From Myxococcota bacterium (GTDB lineage: Bacteria; Myxococcota_A; Polyangia; Nannocystales; Nannocystaceae): 64,000 bases of DNA. The notes under the pieces were generated by a model. That model worked only from the letters and a program-made list of their open reading frames with translations, ran no database searches and had not been told where the DNA came from. Numbering within the stretch: position 1 is the stretch's first letter; every line of letters begins with the position of its first letter. The position numbers and the translations under genes are program-made. The DNA lies in contig JBCCHT010000034.1 of NCBI GenBank assembly GCA_039028615.1, positions 1 to 64,000 of the forward strand. Direction: 5' to 3'. Below, piece by piece: positions 59,743 to 64,000 of the stretch.

Positions 59743-60687
59743 TCAGGCCGGCAGGGCGCAGGCACCCACGGACTCGTATCCCGGAGGGGCATCGCCCTCC
59801 TCGTACCAGGGCTGGCAGGTCTGCCCGGTTCCGGGGCACTCCGCGTCGGCGTCGACGTCTTCGAGGTCGCACACGGGCGAGCAGCAGCCCACCGAGCCCT
59901 GGCAGTCGGGCCATGCCGCGGCACCGACACAGATGTTGCCGGGCGAGCACACGTTGATGAACTCGCAGGAGTCACCCGCCGCACCCATCTCACCGGAGGC
60001 ATCGGGCGCACAGACCCACTCGTCGGCCACCGGGTAGCAGGCCTGACCCTCGGCACAGTCCTGCACCAGGGGATCGCACGAGGGCAGGCACAGCGCGATG
60101 ACGCCTTCGTTGGTCACCGTGCACGCGGCATCCGGGTCCTCGCACAACGGTGCCGAGGGATCGCCCGCACACATCGGCACGCAGGTACCCGCGTTGGTCT
60201 CGGGATCGACGTCCCAGCACATCGACGCGATGTCACAGTCGTCGTAGCCGGACGTGCCCGAGCCCTCGACGTAGCAGGTGTCACCCGGCTGCGCCGGGTT
60301 GTCGGAGATGGGCACGCACTGGGTGGCGTTCCACGAGCCCCCGCCATCGTTGGCGTAGGGCATGCACTTTTCATCCTCGGGACAGTCCTGCGCGAAGATG
60401 TCGCAGCCGGGGACGATGACGCCGTCGGTGTCCTCGGGGCAGTCGATGAAGCTGCACTCGTCGGTGTCGGCCTCGGGCTCGCCGGTCTCCGTCCCCTCCT
60501 GCTCTTCGCCCGTCGCCTGACCGGGGGGCTCCAGCGGAGGCTGCGAATCACCCGTCGGATCCTCTGGATCTTCGGTAGCGGCCATCGCGCCAGTGTCGGT
60601 GAGGTCGAGGTCGGGCGTGCCGCACGCGGTCAGCGCAAGGACCGCGATTCCAGTGAGGGTAAGCTCCAATTTCGCCGATATCGTCAT
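59743..60687 (-). CDS. Cys-rich myxobacterial lipoprotein
   Basis: Lipobox LTAC; CDIFAQDCP..KCMP, CDPLVQDC and GCCSPVCD. Confidence 0.85.
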   Translation of the reverse strand: MTISAKLELTLTGIAVLALTACGTPDLDLTDTGAMAATEDPEDPTGDSQPPLEPPGQATGEEQEGTETGEPEADTDECSFIDCPEDTDGVIVPGCDIFAQDCPEDEKCMPYANDGGGSWNATQCVPISDNPAQPGDTCYVEGSGTSGYDDCDIASMCWDVDPETNAGTCVPMCAGDPSAPLCEDPDAACTVTNEGVIALCLPSCDPLVQDCAEGQACYPVADEWVCAPDASGEMGAAGDSCEFINVCSPGNICVGAAAWPDCQGSVGCCSPVCDLEDVDADAECPGTGQTCQPWYEEGDAPPGYESVGACALPA

Positions 60688-60908
60688 TCCAGTGGGGTCC
60701 TTGTTGCCGACCCGCGATATGCGGGCCTCGAAAGTCAGACTGACCCGCAACTCCTATAACGTCAATAACTAACATTCGAAAAAGCAGTTTTATTATTTTA
60801 TAAAACTAACGTTGAGCAGGTTCGGATGGTTCGTCCCGAACTCTGTGCTGATTGCAACGATAACCACAGAGGGACCTCGGGCGTACGCCGCTATGGAAGC
60901 CAACGCCC

Positions 60909-62099
60909 ATGCTCAGATTTGCTCCCCTCGCTTGCTCTTTGACCCTGCTCTTTGGCGCGACCGCACTCGGCTCGGGCTGCGCAACCGAGGACCCCGCCAC
61001 CGAGGACGACGGGGGCGTCACCGATCCAGCGGCGGTCGCCGAGGGCGAGGAGATCTTCCGCAATGCGGTCGAGGGCGGCAACACCTTCACGTGCGCGACC
61101 TGCCATGCGCTGAGCGAGCCCTCGAGCGATGGCCTTCGCCGCGTGGGGCACTCGGTAGGCGATGCAGCCCACCGACCGAGCTACAAAAACGGCGAGCTCG
61201 CCGAGCTTCGTGACGCGGTCAACTCGTGCCTCGAAGAGTGGATGAACGCGGACGCATGGGATGCCGAGGACGAGCGGTGGTTGGCGCTCGAAGAGTTCCT
61301 CGAGGCGCAAGCTCCCGACGGGCCCGCGCCCGCGCTCGCGTACGAGGTCGTTCAGCCTCCCGCCGACGATCAGCTGGGCGGAGGTGATGCCGAAGCGGGG
61401 CGTGCCCTGTTCGATGCGAGCTGCTCCGTGTGCCACGACATCGGTGGCGTGGGCAGCAACCTCGGGCTTCCCGTGGCCGGCCGCGGCCTCGAGCCCACCT
61501 ACGCGGCCCGACGCATCCGCACCAGCGGCCGTGCCGATAGCGATGTCTATGAAGGACTGACCGGCGGCGTCATGCCGTTTTGGGCGGCCGACCGCCTGAG
61601 CGACGAGGAGCTACGCGACCTACTGGCGTGGCTGGCCATCGTCGAAGAGCCGGCCGATCCCACCGATCCGCCCGACCCCACGGACCCGCCCGATCCCACC
61701 GATCCGCCCGACCCCACGGACCCGCCCGATCCCACGGACCCGCCCGATCCCACGGGCTGCACCTCGAGCCATCCGATGGTGGGGGCGACCGCCGTGCTCA
61801 CCGAGCTGTTCCACGACGTGGGCGGTATCGCGGAGGTCATCGACGACTGCACCATCGAGATCCGCGAGTTCACCTTCGACGGCCAGGGCATCGACGTCCG
61901 GCTCTACGGTGGCCTCGGCGGCAACTACGACGACGGCTTCGCGATCGGCGACAACCTGCTGAACCCGGCGGGCTGGAACGGCAAGACCGTCCGCTTCACG
62001 CTTCCCGACGACCGCAGCATGGACGATCTCGACGGCGTCAGCGTGTGGTGCGTGCCGGTCGGGGTCGACTTCGGCAGCGGCATGTTCAGCCACGACTAG
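60909..62099 (+). CDS. Dihaem cytochrome c lipoprotein (TsdA/SoxA-like) fused to a DM13 domain
   Basis: Lipobox GSGC; CATCH, VNSCLEEWMN, CSVCH and VMP. DM13 motifs HDVGG..F.FDGQGIDV..Y...VSVWCVPVGVDFG. Confidence 0.8.
   Translation: MLRFAPLACSLTLLFGATALGSGCATEDPATEDDGGVTDPAAVAEGEEIFRNAVEGGNTFTCATCHALSEPSSDGLRRVGHSVGDAAHRPSYKNGELAELRDAVNSCLEEWMNADAWDAEDERWLALEEFLEAQAPDGPAPALAYEVVQPPADDQLGGGDAEAGRALFDASCSVCHDIGGVGSNLGLPVAGRGLEPTYAARRIRTSGRADSDVYEGLTGGVMPFWAADRLSDEELRDLLAWLAIVEEPADPTDPPDPTDPPDPTDPPDPTDPPDPTDPPDPTGCTSSHPMVGATAVLTELFHDVGGIAEVIDDCTIEIREFTFDGQGIDVRLYGGLGGNYDDGFAIGDNLLNPAGWNGKTVRFTLPDDRSMDDLDGVSVWCVPVGVDFGSGMFSHD
61655..61754 (+). repeat. 18-bp tandem repeat encoding a (DPTDPP)n linker
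   Basis: About five units visible. Confidence 0.95.
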
Positions 62100-62117
62100 G
62101 CCGAAGCCCCAACGCAC

Positions 62118-62153
62118 TCGAGCCGAGCCAGGGGAACACCCGGCTCGGCTCGA
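62118..62153. terminator. 12-bp stem hairpin between convergent genes
   Basis: TCGAGCCGAGCC-N12-GGCTCGGCTCGA. Confidence 0.65.
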
Positions 62154-62187
62154 TTCGTCTGGCGATGGTCCGCGGGGACGCGTCGGC

Positions 62188-62820
62188 CTACATGCACTCC
62201 TTGGGCAGCGGGACCTCGCAGCAGGTGGTGTCCCACTGGCAGTCGAGGCCGCAGGGCAGCGGGGTGGTGGAGGTGCCCATGCCGAGCGCCTGGCACGAGG
62301 GGCCGGGATCGCTGTCGAGCTCGCACAGCTCGTTGCCGTTGAGCACCGTGTCGCCGCAGAAGCTGCACATGCCGAAGTCGAACAGGCAGCTGGCCATGTT
62401 GCAGTCCAGCACGCCGCCCGTGTAGACGCGATCCGGGAACAGCGGGTTGGTCAGGCCGGCGCACATGTTGCCGTTGAGGCCGGAGGGCGTGCAGAAGTCC
62501 TCGCCGCAGTCGCACTGCTCCGTGCCGGAGATGACCGCGTCGCCGCACTGCTGGCCGCTGATCGTATCGCTGCCACTCTCGTCCTCACCGGTGTCCGTCG
62601 CCCCCGTGTCGGTGGCGGCATCGGTCGTCATCGGATCGGTCGTGGTGGTCGTGGTGGTGGTGGTCGTCGTCGTCGTCGACGTGGTCGAGTCTTCCGCCAT
62701 CCCCGTCGACGTCGACGGAGAGTCGCCGTTCGTCGTGTCGACCACGGCGGAGTCGTCCGCGGCTGGGCACGCAACCAGAGACACCAAGAGCAGGGCAGTC
62801 GAGTAACGAAGCAATCGCAT
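62188..62820 (-). CDS. Cys-rich lipoprotein with a poly-Thr linker
   Basis: Lipobox LVAC and CGDxxxxGxExC repeats. Confidence 0.8.
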   Translation of the reverse strand: MRLLRYSTALLLVSLVACPAADDSAVVDTTNGDSPSTSTGMAEDSTTSTTTTTTTTTTTTTDPMTTDAATDTGATDTGEDESGSDTISGQQCGDAVISGTEQCDCGEDFCTPSGLNGNMCAGLTNPLFPDRVYTGGVLDCNMASCLFDFGMCSFCGDTVLNGNELCELDSDPGPSCQALGMGTSTTPLPCGLDCQWDTTCCEVPLPKECM

Positions 62821-63004
62821 CGGCCCAATTTATGGCGAACTCCGAGGGCAAACTTCGAAAAACTCGCGAAAGTTCACCCTGTGCGGCGTTGGAGGCCACA
62901 CACCGGCCACTGCGCACGGCCTTGCCGAGAGCCCGAGGCTCACAACGCGCACTTCACGTGCTCACAAAAACTACAAAAAGTAATCCGACACACGCGACCG
63001 GGGG

Positions 63005-63553
63005 TCAATAGTCGTCGTCGTCATCGTCGTCGTCGTCGTCGTCGCTGCCGGTGAAGACCAACGCGGTGACCAACGCGGCGTAGACCGCTTCTCGATCGCC
63101 GTGGGCTCGCATCTCGTGCGAGGTGCCGTCGGCGGAGACGATGAGATCACCCGCTCGATAGTGGTTGCCCGAGTCGTCGACGAGCTCGCCCTGCAGCAGC
63201 AGCACTCGCTCCTCACCCACGTGCGTGTGATGGGGGAACAGCTCGCCGGGCGAGAGCCGGACCATGCCTCCGTGGGCCTCGCCCACCGCCGGCCCGCATT
63301 CGAAGTCGCGGTAGCGGACGCCGGGCAGCATGTCTTCCCACGCGCCCTCGTCGTCGACGCTGTGCAGGTGGCCTTGCGCCTCGGCCTCGGGCAGGTCGAA
63401 CAGCGCCATCACTCGGTCCATGAAGGGCAAGAAGCGCTCGCGTCCGCCGGCCTTCGCCAGCAGCTGCGCCGTGAGGTCCTTGCCGGGAGCCAAAGGTCCC
63501 AGGCCGCGGGCGAGAAACGCCAGCACCCCCTCGTCGAAGGTTTCGTCGCTCAT
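63005..63553 (-). CDS. ChrR-like cupin anti-sigma factor with a poly-Asp tail
   Basis: PGELFPHHTHVGEERVLLLQG...GTSH; overlaps the sigma factor stop. Confidence 0.8.
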   Translation of the reverse strand: MSDETFDEGVLAFLARGLGPLAPGKDLTAQLLAKAGGRERFLPFMDRVMALFDLPEAEAQGHLHSVDDEGAWEDMLPGVRYRDFECGPAVGEAHGGMVRLSPGELFPHHTHVGEERVLLLQGELVDDSGNHYRAGDLIVSADGTSHEMRAHGDREAVYAALVTALVFTGSDDDDDDDDDDDY

Positions 63554-64000
63554 TGGAGACCTCCTCCGGCCACGCCGACCGTGGTCATCGCCACCCGCAG
63601 CTTGCTCAGCGCGGCGGCGGTTCGCGACTTCACCGTGCCCAAGGGTGAGCCCATCCGCGTGGCGATTTCCGACGAGGACAGCCCGTGGAAATAACTCAGC
63701 TCGATGACCTGCCGCTGCTCTTCGGGAAGCTGCTCGATGGCCTGCCGTACCATCGCGCGGTCGGGCTGCAGCTCGGGATCTTCGGGGGTCGACTCGGGTC
63801 GGCTCGGGCTGACCTCTTCGACCGCGACCTCGCGTCGGTTTCGAGCGGAGCGCAGGCGGTCGAGCGCGCGACTTCGCAACCGCACCAGCAGCCAGGTCCG
63901 CACGCTGCCCCGGCTCGCATCGAAGGCGTGGGCGCGTCGCCAGACCTCCATGAAGACGTCTTGGGTCAAGTCCTCGGCCTGCGTCTTGTCGCCCAGGATC
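63550..64000 (-). CDS. ECF sigma-70 factor (5' end outside the window)
   Basis: AEDLTQDVFMEVWR, RSRALDRLR and LPEEQRQVIELSYFHGLSSSEIA..GTVKSR. Confidence 0.92.
   Translation of the reverse strand, partial: ILGDKTQAEDLTQDVFMEVWRRAHAFDASRGSVRTWLLVRLRSRALDRLRSARNRREVAVEEVSPSRPESTPEDPELQPDRAMVRQAIEQLPEEQRQVIELSYFHGLSSSEIATRMGSPLGTVKSRTAAALSKLRVAMTTVGVAGGGLQ

Overview
High-GC bacterial DNA, probably from a myxobacterium (Nannocystaceae-like). This is inferred from Cys-rich lipoproteins, a Hanks-type kinase, STAS-like proteins and acidic proteins. The main feature is a co-oriented, largely translationally coupled operon of about 18.8 kb and 19 genes (2195-20968, + strand). It encodes a headless contractile tail: sheath, tube, chaperone-like protein, hub, tube initiator, spike, gp25, baseplate J and I, fibre or collar proteins, and a possible terminator. 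I see no capsid, portal, terminase, integrase, lysis genes, T6SS membrane complex or Afp15/Pvc15-type AAA+ ATPase in it. It looks like an atypical contractile injection system (CIS) with Mu-like gene order. Unusual parts: three paralogous acidic helical proteins inserted before the spike (the last fused to peptidoglycan-binding and lectin-like domains), a 2+1 repeat pair where PAAR usually sits, a Pro/Ser/Thr-rich protein in the tape-measure slot, and internal duplications in several subunits. The rest is mostly housekeeping or accessory: a TetR-led Lol-like ABC operon with twin operators, ApaH-like, MBOAT, M28 peptidase, ClpB, thioesterase, nitrilase, an AlsT-like symporter with a very large insertion, Ser/Thr kinase, TlpA, CoaX, DUF2254, CDF, SLC13 plus USP, a TsdA-like dihaem cytochrome-DM13 fusion, and an ECF sigma/cupin anti-sigma pair. 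All calls come from motif recognition by eye; no searches were run.
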